NCBI RefSeq assembly: GCF_037042905.1
Contig: NC_087245.1
Span: 25,422,001-25,486,000, forward strand
DNA from: Lytechinus pictus
Taxonomy: Eukaryota
Direction of reading: 5' to 3'
Length of the DNA: 64,000 bases
In this document: positions 41,682 through 55,400 of the stretch, one piece after another
How positions within the stretch are numbered: the stretch's first letter is position 1
How the letters are laid out: each line of letters starts with the position of its first letter
The notes under the pieces: model-generated
Databases searched by the model: none
The model's input: only the letters and a program-made list of their open reading frames with translations
What the model was told of the DNA's origin: nothing
Translations under genes and position numbers: made by a program

Positions 41682-43054
41682 ATATTCTGATGATGATGAT
41701 ATACATAATACAGTAACCCTGATCATGCTCTATGCCCTGATATTGACCACAATTTAATGGTACATTATAAGAAATATGTCGATGAATTTTCATTACATAT
41801 GAATGGAAAATTAAATAATGTGATCAGAATAAAATATCATATTGGACACTGTAGAAGATGACCAGTTTCTGGATTTGATTCCAGATCAAATTGTAATTTT
41901 CTGTAGATCTACTCGATTTGATAGGCCTATAACAGGAGTGTGTTTTCAAATATCACATCTCATATAAAAGGAAAATGTAAAATTCTATATCATGTATACT
42001 GTCCAGGTCTTTCAGTTATTAGAACATATTAGTGTTTTTTAATACTGTCTTATATAATTAGGGTCACCCGTCAATGGTCGAAAAGCAGGAAACTCTTTTA
42101 TTATAAAATAGACCAAAAAAATATAAGTTGTATTTCGAGAACAATGAAAGAAGAAAATAATCGGACAAAAATTAAGTGTTCAAGTTGTATTATCACAGTT
42201 ATTCATAATAATGGCAGAAGAATAGAAAGTGGATATATTTCATTCTTTAATCTCTACCTATATCATCCTAAGATATAGCTTAGCGGCTTAATCATTTTTT
42301 TCATTGAATAATATCACCATGGTCATTTTTGGTACATTATTAGCATCAATCCCCGTTTTTCAATTTCCTTTCTGCTTGTCCAAATTACATATCTTTCGAA
42401 TTTCCGATTTATTGTTTCCATTTCCGTTTTCTGGGGGAAAATACGCTTTCGCTTTTCAGCATAATATTTTTACACTTTTGAATGAAAGCAATTCCATGAA
42501 GTTTTAGTGCATACCAAACTGCAAAAAAAAAGAAGTTGGAAGAGGTTTTATTACGATATTCATCAACAAAAGAGGGCGTCTACAGGTTTTTATTACCGCC
42601 CTTAGTTTATTGCTGTACAACCTTGTTTCGTACATTCTGTAATTTTTTTTTGTCTCATTTAAAATATATATGACCGCTGTTTAATGCCATGATATTTTAG
42701 AAAACACATAAACTTTATTTGCATACCCTTCCCCAACAAAACAAAACAGAAATAAAACAAGATATGTATATCATAAAATGCATAAGAAAATACACAAACG
42801 GGTCTTGATCGAAAGGCACTTAGTTTAAAGGCTAATTTTTTGCTTCATATTGTCATTTTACTATATGTGCAAGAGACAATGCTATAATAAAGTCGTCCAG
42901 ATTACGTCGTTATTGCACCAAGCGAGGTTACGACAACCTGTGAATATCAGTCTAAACGTACATTCTCTTCCAAAATAATACTAATGATAAGAGAAAGAAA
43001 CGCGTAGGCCTACCAACAAATCAAGCGCATCCCCAGTGCGATGATTCTCGAGTC

Positions 43055-43060
43055 TTTATT
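43055..43060 (-). terminator. Candidate polyadenylation signal of the protease gene
   Basis: First minus-strand AATAAA that I found after the stop codon (~265 nt downstream). Others follow near 42550-42720. Confidence 0.3.
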
Positions 43061-43323
43061 TATAGGAAGGGGGAGGGTGGAGCTCACCCATGGAAGACAA
43101 GTCAGACCCCCCCCCCTTGCTCTAAGCATAGCTACTAGGAGATGACACAAATTTTGGATCTCACATTTGCCAAATAATAATAACAATGATTTAGAATCTG
43201 ATAAGGCACCTAAGAACAAGTCACTGGTCGTTCGTTAAGTACTGTGTAAGTTATGAGCAGTTTTGTGAAATACGACCCTGGGCATACAATATTTCTGTGA
43301 TTATAAAGTTCGTTGAGGTTTAG

Positions 43324-43485
43324 CTAGTTTTCTTGAACAACTGATCGTATCCAGGCAACGTAGAAACTGAGACGTGTGAAGAGGTTCGGAGTATAGGGGG
43401 CGCCACACATTGACCCACCGGAAACAGTTCCTATTATTGTCCACTTTCCATTCCTCTGTACCACCGCGGGGCCTCCAGAATCACC
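43324..43485 (-). CDS. Protease exon 19 (catalytic Ser and stop)
   Basis: [53 protein letters not shown]. Confidence 0.93.
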   Translation of the reverse strand, partial: GDSGGPAVVQRNGKWTIIGTVSGGSMCGAPYTPNLFTRLSFYVAWIRSVVQEN

Positions 43486-46400
43486 CTGCAAAAGATGGAA
43501 AGGGTGACTTATGAGGCGTTGCAATAAAAATTATTCTTCAATTCCAAATCATGCATAAGCCCCCAAATCATGCCAAAGTCATTTTGTTATTAAAAAAAAT
43601 TGATGTGGGGCCCGTTGCACAAAACTTTTGCCATAAAAAAACTCTGACAATTTTTTTGGCCAGAGTTTTTAATGTGTACTTTTCAATGGCATAATTTGGT
43701 TTGCCAGAGTTTTTATGGCAAAAGTTTTATGCAACGGGTCCATGATGTTCTTTTTTTTTGGTTAGCAGCTCTATATGGTAGAACACCAAGATGGTGGTAA
43801 TGCGCCACCCCGTATACATATCAGAAATAAATAAATAGATAAAATTTAAGTGCAACTTTCTTGTAACGCCAATTGTGCTTGATATAGGCCTTATTCTTCA
43901 TTTGCAATTATACAAAATTTCTTGCAATGCCCTAATTGGCCAAAGGCTGATTCAATTTTGCTAGCAAGCATAATTACAAGTACCTGCATGCATCAACAAA
44001 ACCACCCAAATATAGCACCGCCTATTTGAAGATTATCTAGTAAATCATTTAAAAAATCACAACAAGATAATAATAACTACATCGATATTAAGGAATAAGG
44101 CCATTTACTTTAATTAATAAATCTGTTATAATAAATGTACAGTTTGAAACTGACTGATATAATTATTGAAATTATATACAGTATCAATTCGGGTTGTTGA
44201 TAAATGTCTTACAATGAACTTTTATTACATGGCGTATATTTTGCCTAATTATCATTGGTTTTCTTGGATGGGCTTCCAACTTTGTACACCTTCTACCCTT
44301 CTTACTTTCCTAATGTATGATAATATTTATTTTGACTTTATACCTGCAGACAATAATTAATAAGGATATGATTTTATATTTTAATACACGCTATAACATA
44401 ACTATGATTAACGGCGGAAAGGGTGAAACAAATCAAAAAGGGCTTACGAATTCCTATATTCATAAGGCCATCTCCACTCGACCATGTTCAGGGGTTATTT
44501 ACCCCATTTTATTAATTTCATTATTAGAATGTATCACTTACGAGTTCATCTACGTATTCATAGATGTATTTTTTATAATACTTACGTAGCAAGCACTTTG
44601 CATTCCGCGCTCGTAGCCAGCGCATATTATTCGTTCTTCGAGGATTCTGCGACTGAAATAGCACCATCTATCACATGCTTGAGGAGGAATTAGGGGTAGT
44701 CGAACCTCCATCAACTTAATGCCATCGAAGCCTGGAGAGGAAAAGAGATGAAGCGAGAGAAAGAGAGAGAGAGAGAGGGAGATGGAGAAATGGGAGTTAA
44801 GTATCTTAGGAAGGGATGCTTATCGATTGTTAACATTATTTGCAATTGATCCTAAAATCAATCATGAGACCTTCAATTCTGCTTCCTGCAACAGAAAGTG
44901 TGAATTGATTTACCATAGGCTAAAATCGATCGATCACATGCAAATTTAGGATTGGTATTTTGCAATCGATTGAAATTACGTTCCTGATGGCATTAAGGAG
45001 TATTGGAAAATAATCTATGACTGAGATCAAACCGTAAAATCAATTCCGTTTCGTGATGGTGTAAAAGGCGGCACTGCGTTTCACAAAAATGCCCTTAAAC
45101 AACAACTAATAATCAGCGTAATGAATATATAGCTCAGAAGGTCTAAAAAGGAAACAAAAAACGCCTTTTCAATATGTATTAAAAATACATGTAAGATGAT
45201 GATGAAATAGCAACCCGCTTTTAAAAGACCATTTGACGCCTGGGGTAAAAGTGGGGACTGCTTTGCGACTAGTTTATAGATACAAAAGTAAAATAAGTAT
45301 CATTTTCTAAGTGCACCTCCTCTTTGTGGGGGATGGGGAAGAAGGGTGGGGGGAGGGGAGACACCTCCATATGAGTAATGGTACCATACCTCCTCCCGTA
45401 GCACCCCATCCGGTCACGGTCAGGTATTCGCCTGGATCCAGGATGATGTCTTCATCAGGGAGACACACTGGTTGCACCAGGGCGTTGTAGGTGAAAGGCT
45501 CCGTAACCCGGGCCAAAGCGACGTCGAATCCACCCTTCGAAGCGTTAGGGTGTCGAATCACGTGGCTTAACTCTCGGTACTGGATATCCGCATGGACGTC
45601 TTTACGATCAGTCACGCCAGCCAAGACGTATATTGATCCAACAGATTGTGAGCTGAAAAGAAATAAAAACGATTTTTGAGGAATATTGAATTATTTCCTT
45701 TTTTTTGTATGTAATACTCCAGTCCCCATTCCCGTACGGTGGCAATACGCCGAGTCGAAAACAGCCGTTTTATTCATGTTTATTCAATGTATCTGGTACA
45801 ATTTTTTTTAGAACGACTGTTTCGACTCGCCGTACGACCGCGGCAGGGGAAATGAGACTGAGGTATAAGGAGAAACAAGTCTGTATCGGTTGATATGAGT
45901 ATCATTTCCTGATTATAAAAAAGCCCAATCTTCTATCTATGTATTTATTCATGTATTATTATTATTTTTTTTTAAACTAAAATCGATAAAACTGATATTT
46001 ACATATCATTATACTATAATTTTGTCGGTGCCCCGAGGCGAATGGGAGGGGGTTGCAAAGTGTAATAGAACATTTTGGATGTCTGTCTGCCAGTGTAAAA
46101 TCTTACTGAAGTTTGTCGTCGTCAAGTCCTATCATAACTTCACTGAATTTTTTTTTAAATATATTGTTTTAGACTGCTGTTAGGAAACGTTCTATGATCA
46201 CAAAGAAGGGGCTGTAAACTTGAGAACGATTTAAATATCTTAATCTCCACCTTCTATAACTTGCCTTATACAATGAGCCGCAGTGACAATCCAATTTCTG
46301 TTGATAATTGACCCACCACAGTGAACCCCTTTCGTAGAGTTTGACTCTATAATGTATAAAAGAAAATCGAGGTTATAATTAATATTCGATATCATTTGCT

Positions 46401-49400
46401 CTCTCATTGATATTTAATATTTATTACATCTCACTTTTTGTTCACATAACCCTCTAAAGACCCTCGGATGAATCCACCCCTTCTCTCTCTCTCTCTCTCT
46501 CTCTCATAATCCCTCCCAGGTTCAGCCACACTTCTCCCCTGCTTTCCATTTTCATGTTCGTGCTATAATCATGTATGTAGACCAAAGATGTAGACTGCCT
46601 GGCTTTCTGGCACACCCCTCGTCATGTATCTCTATGTTGTCACACTCTTTCGCAGTGGCTAAATGAGCCCCAAAACTTGAGGGGACCAGACATGGCGTAT
46701 ATGGGGCAAAATTTCTATGAAGCTGCGATCGAGCAAATATTTTGACCTTTATGTTAAGAAAGAACGGAAAAGTAGTCATAACTATTAAACTTACTGGTTA
46801 GTAATACCTGCCAGGGCCATTCCCCTTTCTGATTTACGATTTGTCCTCCTAGTATCTTAGCTCTAGCCATAGGTTTGGTACCACAAGCTGAAGAAAGTGA
46901 AAATATAAAACTAAGATATGGAACGCAGGAAACATCTAGAATCAAATTCACGTCAATTGAAGTAACAAATAATCTCAGATGAAATAAAAATATGCATGTT
47001 TGCCAACCGCAGGGTTGGAATCAACATGCTTACAATAGAAAACAAACGCAACAATATTATTATTGTTCATACATATACATAAGAATGCGCATGAAACATA
47101 TATAGGAGACTTCAATTAGATGCATTTTCAAAAGGCGATTACGAATTAGAAGGTAGCAATCGGAACGGAGCTTGAATTTATAGAACTAGAGGACATTGCA
47201 CAATTAACTTATTTTTCTTGATACGTTGTTGACTGTCATTCGTATAAAGAGATTCTGACTAAAACAATGCTAAAAAATAACTTCCATTAACTTAAGATTA
47301 TAAAAATCATTACTGTACTTACACCTAACAGCCGGAAACACTGAAAAAAAGTTTGAGAATTTGGTATTTGTTTTTAGTCTTCTTTCTCCTTTGTCAGTGT
47401 AATACGATGGTATTTCGGTATTATTGGGAGGGGGCGGAGCAAGACAACATAAAAACAGGTCCCATTTCTTAGTTGAATAATAGGAGTAATAGAAAATAGC
47501 GCGACACATATATCTATTTTCATATTTCTATTCTTTCTTTTCTTCTGTTAAAACACCTATATCCTATTTTTTCACTATTTGAACAATTATAGGGAGGGGG
47601 TGGCTTGCCACTCCTGGGCATTTCATCTTTTACATTTAACATAAAGAAAATTACATTTGACTAAAGTGAGAGACATGATTGATATTCTTACTGCAATGTT
47701 CATCCGTTCCGTTGATGCAGTCATCTTTTCCATCGCAAACGAAATACGAACCATCACCCATCTCCGAACAGCTATCTGAATAATCATAATCAAGATGCGT
47801 ATACAGTGAATGATCCATTATCTGATCACAAAAGTGTATAATCAAAGTTAAAATGTTGTTTAAAATCAATAGTCTAACCATTACGGTTACTTTTTTAATT
47901 ATAATACATATAAGATTTATCATCATGTCTAGCACTCAATCTGTGGGGGTAATACAACTGAAGAGCCTTACAATTCCTTCTGTCACATACATACTCCCAG
48001 ACCTACAAATAAAATGTTCTTTTATGGTTTACCTTTAAAAAGAAACTGCAAACAAAAAGATATCTCACTTTTTTTTCTTTTCAGAAATCACACATTAATG
48101 AGTGATCGCTTATGTCACTAAAAAATGACGAGAAATTAATCTTCATTTTTTAACCGAAAATTTGAATCACTACATCCCCCTTCACTTTGTGAAAATGATA
48201 TTTTATTTGTTTCTCTACAAATACCATTGTCGTGTGACACATGGCGACCACGGAAATCCGTGATGGCGACAATCACTGTCTTCTTACCAGCCGTTTCTGT
48301 GCAAGAATCTTCATCTTCACCTCGTGGACAGTCTCGTATACCATTACAGAATCTTGATTTTGGTATGCACGACTGGTCTGACGTACATAGATCTTCTCCT
48401 TCTGGACATGGAGCTGAAATTGAATTTATTAGGATAAAAATCAAGAAGGCAAATCCCGGGAGGCAAATACACAAATTGATACCAAACTAAAAAGAAACCT
48501 TGGCGTTACACAGGAATCCAACAACGGATTTTTAAAAAGCTTATTAAAACTCGATGACAACATAGTTTATTATATAACGCTATAAAAATATCACTAAAAG
48601 GTTTCATCAAATCCAATGAAATATTTGGATGCCATCTATGCAAGATGAGCCAAATGAAACGCTGAATGGAGTAAAATTATATGGAATTATATCGAAATGT
48701 CGAATTTCGTTGGACAAAAAAATATCCCGAATTCTGAAGTTAAGCGTTCTTTAAAAAATGTTCGCGTTTTACTTATGCTATTTGCCATTTGCAGACGCTC
48801 GTGACTCGTGGGGGGGGGGGGCATAAATATGACATCATAAAATGATTTTTAATCAATTGAACAACGAGAGTAAATTGACGTTACACGACCGTGACTTCTC
48901 TTCGAAATTTTCTTCTTTTTTTTCTTTATTTTTTTTCTTTTGCTACTTAAAAAATAATAGGGGGAGGGCGGCCACGGCCCATCTTCCTGTATCGTCACCC
49001 CTAGCTACCTCTCATGTTTCCTTACATTGTGTAGTAATTGGATCGGTCATTGGCCGTCCTGTCGATGATTGGGTCGTGCATCCCTCCTCATCCTCACCAC
49101 TGGTACAGTCCGCGTTACCATCGCAACGAGCATCCACTGGGATGCACTCCCCGCTGCTGCACGATATACAGTCACTGGCATCGGGCATTTCTTCAATTAA
49201 AGAATAAAGAAAATATGCAGAATATGATCGGTATTTGCCAAAGCGACGTAGACAAACGCTCCCTTATAACACCGACATGTAAGTATTTGCTCATATCAAA
49301 ACAGTCATTTTTTTATTTATGATGATGATGATTAGTATTATCATCATCATCAAACTCATCAATATTAATTATTATAATACGGACATTTTTTCGGGTTATA

Positions 49401-52400
49401 TTCATAAACACGGGCAGTCGGTCCAAATATTAGATAAGTGTGATTCATAAAAGCAAACAAAGTAAAAACAAACAATACTTATTCATCGACTATAAAATTG
49501 TACCCTGTATATCATAACTAATTATGTATATCCATGAAATTTTTGTCATGTAAGTAGATAATAATTTTTCAGAGTGAAACTTAGATTTTAGTATGTTAAT
49601 GTCGTCAGGCTGACCTTGATTGTGATACTATCCCAAGTTGATCATACTGTCTGAGGCTTCGCCGAGGGTAGGGGAAGCAATGCAGGAAGAAGATATACAT
49701 ACCTGTCGGTTGAGTACAGTTCTTTTCATCTTCTCCTCGAACGCACTGCTTTACACCATCGCATAAGAGGCTCGGTCGTAAACATTTACCAGAGCAAGAC
49801 AACTCTCCAGTCGGGCAACTAGGCATTGTTTTATTCTCTGGGTAAATAAAAAATAAATTTGTAGAAAATGTTAAGTAAACGTTACTTAATTAATTCAAAC
49901 ATGGACGTGTAATTGGTGATGGTTGTGAAAGATGAGGACAAGAAAGAGGAGAGAGATGAAGGGGGGGGGGGTGCAGGGAATGTTGGTTCTGAAATAATGT
50001 GGTTTACAAAGAAATTTAATACAATAATTATATCCCATTTACTCACCTTTCTTTCTCCTTTTTCTCATTCTCATTATTTTCTTCTTCTACCTCCTCCTCC
50101 TTTTCTTCTTCTTTTCATCCTTTCCTTCTCCAACTTTCTATTCAGCAATGCAACGAATATTAGCAAATACCAAGACTAAGAGAAAATTTGTTTTAAAAGA
50201 GAAACGTTAAAAAAAAACATTTTTCTTTGTTGAAATAAATTGCTATCGGGTTAGGCGTTATATGGCAGGACCAGTTTTCACAAAACACTTACCACAGTTC
50301 ATCTCGTCATCTCCTTTGAAACAGTCTTTGTGTCCATTGCAAACCTTCTCTGCAGCCAGGCATTGGAAAGAGTCGCATTGATACAACTTATCGGCACACA
50401 CTGCGTGGCAATCAAAATGAATACAGACACTAAAGAGACTACGATGATATAATACTGACAATTCAAACAATTATGACAATGTTGATAAAAGTGCAAGTGT
50501 CATTGAGCCGACTACTACCATGTCACAATATTACTATCATGTGATATGTTCCTAGAGGCCTGCCTTCGCATCGGAGATCTCGCCCCTTCGCCTTGGCCTT
50601 GGAGGCCAGCTCGGAGGTCTGATATCGTTGGCCGTGACCTCGGGCCACCAGGCCTTGATCTTAAATGCCTTAACTCGTCGCTAGTATTGGAATACGATTT
50701 CCAGCCTTGAGCACTCTCAACACTGTTAATAAGAAAATAATCAATCGCCATCATTGTAATTGTGATTGTCATTGTGATCATCATCATTATCATAATCGTC
50801 ATCGGAATATTCAAATAAGTGTTTAAAAGTGAAGAAATATGTAGTTTTTTAACAGAACCAGTGAGAACTCCTGATAAGTTTCGAGTTAGCATGTTTAACA
50901 TGTTTAAGTATTTGGCATTATTCATAATGGTTTGTTCTCGTTATTGGTTAAAGAGTGATTGAAAGTGGAAAATAACATTGAATTGAATAGTAATAGTAAA
51001 TATTTGAGAACAACGAATTGAAAATTACCTGGACAATCTTGCTCGTCTGAACCGTCACCACATGTATTGTTTCCGTCACACCTCTGCCAATACGGGATAC
51101 ACACTCCTGAATTCTGACATTCAAACTGCCAACTCAGGCACGCTGAAAATTGGATATTATTTTGATAAAAAATGTAATAGAGCCATAACACAATCAATTA
51201 GAAAAATTGCTGTCAATGAATAAAATATCCTTTTCTACAAGAAATGTGCAAAAAATAAATCAAAATCCGTATAAAGGCTTCAAATGAATGATTATAAAAT
51301 AAGCTTATCTTAATATGTTTAACAAGAAATTGAAAAATAAATGATTTCTAATGACATTTTGAAAAATGGAAGAAATGTATCAATATTGGGTTGGCGAAAA
51401 GACAGTAGACAATGGTAGAGGATACAGGAATATGAATTCCCTTTTACATGTTCATCTTCTTTTTAGGACATCACTTAATTACAAGGTGTTCTATTTCGAG
51501 GGGCGTAATGTGTGCATTATTACTTTTACAATTAATAAATGAGCTGCATTTTTCCCAGAATATCTACCAATTCTTTTACCTGTGAATCAAATGAGTTACT
51601 TTGAGCCACTTACAGCAATTAGTTTCGTCTTCTCCACCGGGGCAATGAGGGTAATCATCACAGACGTTATTCCGGTAAATGCAGGGCCCATCGCCAGGAC
51701 ACTGCCACTTCTCTCCCGTACATTCTGTAACGAAATGAATTGGTGTTAGCATCTACGGTGTTGTATGTTGGGATCATAATCGTGTAAGAATGAGCGCCGA
51801 AACATGCATTTGGATTTTGGAATTGATACTACGCACATATAATCAATAGCTGAACACCGAAAATGTCCATTATATTACATTAAGAACTGTCCTTCGAAAT
51901 TTATGTTTTTTGTCACAGATAGATTCGGGTGATAAAGATTTTGTTTTCAAAACAAGGTGCAAGAAAGTTCATATTTTTAGAAATTTTATTTTTATGCACT
52001 GCTACAGCTTTACAATTAGATTTACAGATGTTTTCTTTATTTTGGGGTAGACTTTGAAAGGAAAAAAAATGATGCAGATAAAGTTTAAGCTGTTATTAAG
52101 TAGGGACATGACATCTCAATGATATGAATAATTGGAGTAATGCAATTCGGATTACCTCAATTCAAAACACTATCCGAGATGTAATTTGATATGTATGATT
52201 TAAATCACCTGGATTAGAAAAAAAAACCAAATAACAAACAAAGAAAAACAAACAAATGGGAATGAAGTCATTCAAATATACGAATGATTAAGAATGGCAC
52301 TGAAATATATTGTAATGCAAAAATGATTTACCACAGTTTCGTTCGTCTGTGTAATCTGTGCAGTCATTTACTCCATCACAAAGGAATACATTGTTAATTG

Positions 52401-55400
52401 TGAAGATTCCATTGTCACATTCAAAATCTGTATAAAAAGACAAAATGTATTACTTATACCCACGTCATTTGATTTATTCATTTTATAATAATGTACTTGG
52501 GCATGTTCTTTGTGATATCAAGGATAAAGAAAGAAATGAGGGAATAGGGAGGGGTAGAGAAGGGGGGGGGGTAATATTAAAAAGAGAGAAAGTGATCGAT
52601 AAGGCGAGGAAGACAAGCTCATTTGCTCTGCAGTTGCAAATCCGTTACCGTTACCCCATAAACGATGTCCAGATGCTCCTTTTCTGCATACGACCACAGA
52701 TAAAATATAGTTCTCTCTCAATTATATAGTTAAACTTTGGTCGTTTTTTATCAATGCATTGTCATATTTCAATTTCTGTCCTCGAATTCAGTGTTTTGAT
52801 TAAAATACTCTCTAAATAGTGAAAAAAAGTAATCAATCATGTCATAGCTTACCACAATTATGTTCGTCATCCGAGCAGTCTACTACATTGTCACATACAC
52901 GTAAACGTTTAAGACATCTACCATCGGAACATTTGAACAGAAAGGGACTCGAACATGCTTTAAAGAAAAAAAAATTAGTGAATAATTACATGTATGATGA
53001 TCAAGATCTACGCTCTCACATTTTTAACCAACCAGTTAGCTTGGTTCATTGATGAATCTACCAACCATTGGTCTGTTGGTGAAATAATTAAATTTGATTT
53101 CACTTTAACAATAAAAGGGAAATAAGTTTTGCTTTTAGAAAGATTCAGGAAGTAAATCAAGGTTATTAATCACTAATTAGACGGTTGGACTTTCACGGGT
53201 CTTTCATGCCTAGTGATACACTACGGAACAGTATACAGGCACACCAACGAAACCGAACCCAAATCGATCGAAAATATTCCATATGAAATATAGTAACAGC
53301 TTTGATCAACATGGAGCTAACTTCGTAAGTGTGACTGTTGAAATTAGGAAATTCATTCTATTAATGCCATGGACATCCGTGAACTCCATTAAAATCTCTC
53401 TCTCAAGCAGCTGCTATGAGTGGTTTGGAACGAATGTGCTGCAGTCTGGCAAGTAAATCAACCTATCGAATCAGAACTGAGGGCGTTTGCGAAATATTTA
53501 AATCGATGTCTACTGTCACAGTAAAAATATGAAGCAATGTCTTCCACGGAAACTTAAAGACAACGCAATACTTTGAATTCAAAAGGAATATAGTAGTCAT
53601 TTGTTTATATCGATTTCTATTTATTTATTTATCTATTTATATAAAATTTATTTCTCGCTTGTCATATTTTGAGGAGCCCACAATATACAAGCTTTGCTTT
53701 TTAGTGGGATTCTCCATTTTCACAAATTGTAAATCACAAATCCTTTACACAAGATTATTTTGTATGTAACTTTCTTATAACATGTCTTTTTCAAGTTGAT
53801 TTTATGACCTTGGTATATTTTTTATGATGTCGACTTGTTATGATTGTATTTATTTGATTTATATTTTGTTGAAAATGAAATAAATGAAATGAAATGAAAT
53901 GAAAATATCTACATGTATGGTTTGGCGTCCGCGCATAAAATTTCCGGATGTTTCTTTTTCTGTTGGTAGTTCTAGGCTCACTCCGAAGTCGCTCAAAATG
54001 GTTTCCACCACATATCAATGCGCCCTCTTCTGTTTGTGGCGCAACCACTGATGAAAATTATGCGATACGACTATCCTCGACTCACCACAGCCTATCTCGT
54101 CGTTTCCAGAGATACATTTAGAGCTGCCATCACAAGCATGGGCTTCGCCGTAGCACTCTTGAACGTACTTGCATGGTTTCTCTCCGGCATCGCATTCAAT
54201 GACGGCATCTTTTAAAGAGAGAAAAATAGAACCACTCTCCAACTACAATGAACCATATTATCATTGATACCATCAAAGCCCATTTAAAGTTTAGGCGAAG
54301 GGTCCATAATTATGATGTGAATTAAACTTGAGTATCATCTAATATTTCAATGTTACTCTTCGGCCCTTGTAAGGGGGTGCCCCCTCTCTCCATCTTACTT
54401 TTTGTTTAGAGTATACCACTGGATGTAGTCTTCAAGGTCGAGGTAAAAACGCATATTATCTCGGCTGTTCTCGGATATCACTGTTGTTACAGCTTCTGAT
54501 ATTCGTCAACCCCGCCTTATAATAAAATATTTCACTGAAACAGATCATCTTCAATCACTTTGCTTCACATGACATATCGACATAATATCGACCGCATTTT
54601 ACAGGAATTATGTGCGAATCTTTGCCTCTTGTCATTCAATAGAAACAATGATGACCTTTATATCATTGTTATGTTTTGGCTTGTCAGAATTTTTGGTGAA
54701 AAATGCGACCACTTTTTAAATGATAGATATATATTTTTTATCTGTGCGACAATAATGTTAGGTCACTCGGCAGAGAATGATATGAAACCAGTTTGAAAAT
54801 GTCATATTAACATAACAGAGTTATTTGTTATATATTTATATATAAGATATAAAACAGCTTACCACTTTCTGGTACAGCCCAGATTTTCGCATGGAAACCA
54901 GATTCAGCCGTGACGCTGTCACTGAATAACTGTACCCACAATGCATTGCCCGATGATGTTATGACAGGTGGTAGGTCATATCCGCTGAATGAAGCAATGT
55001 AATCAATTTCCGTTTGGTTCGAACTGCCTATCCTCACCAGGTCATAGTCTTTGTAAATAGAATGATGAAATTATATAAGATTATATTTCACCTGCTAAGG
55101 ATGATGCTGTATGTTAATTGGTCAACATGAATCACCTGATAAATTGTAGCTTTGTCTTTCAGTGACGAGGTGTTGTTTTGTAGGGCTTATTAAAACCCCT
55201 TTTTAAAACCTGTGAAGGAACAAAGATGGCGGTATTAACATTCATTAAAACATACGAGAGAACGTAGCGATCCAGCGAGAAGATTTGTAGTTCTCACCAG
55301 TATTTTGAAGTTACCAGTTGGTATACAATAAAATTTGCATTGGATTGCCGCTTGACATGAGTGCGAGCGGCGAACCAACTGAGCAAGGAGAGAATTCTAT

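Noticed and set aside
5600..43000. Remaining short ORFs in the ORF track
   Set aside because: Low-complexity or repeat-derived, mostly non-ATG starts, with no recognisable domains or consistent exon chain.
46795..46808. Alternative donor at WPWQ|GTATTA
   Set aside because: It is phase 0 and would delete the conserved strand after WPWQ. The ACCA|GTAAGT donor matches the phase-1 acceptor at 46346.
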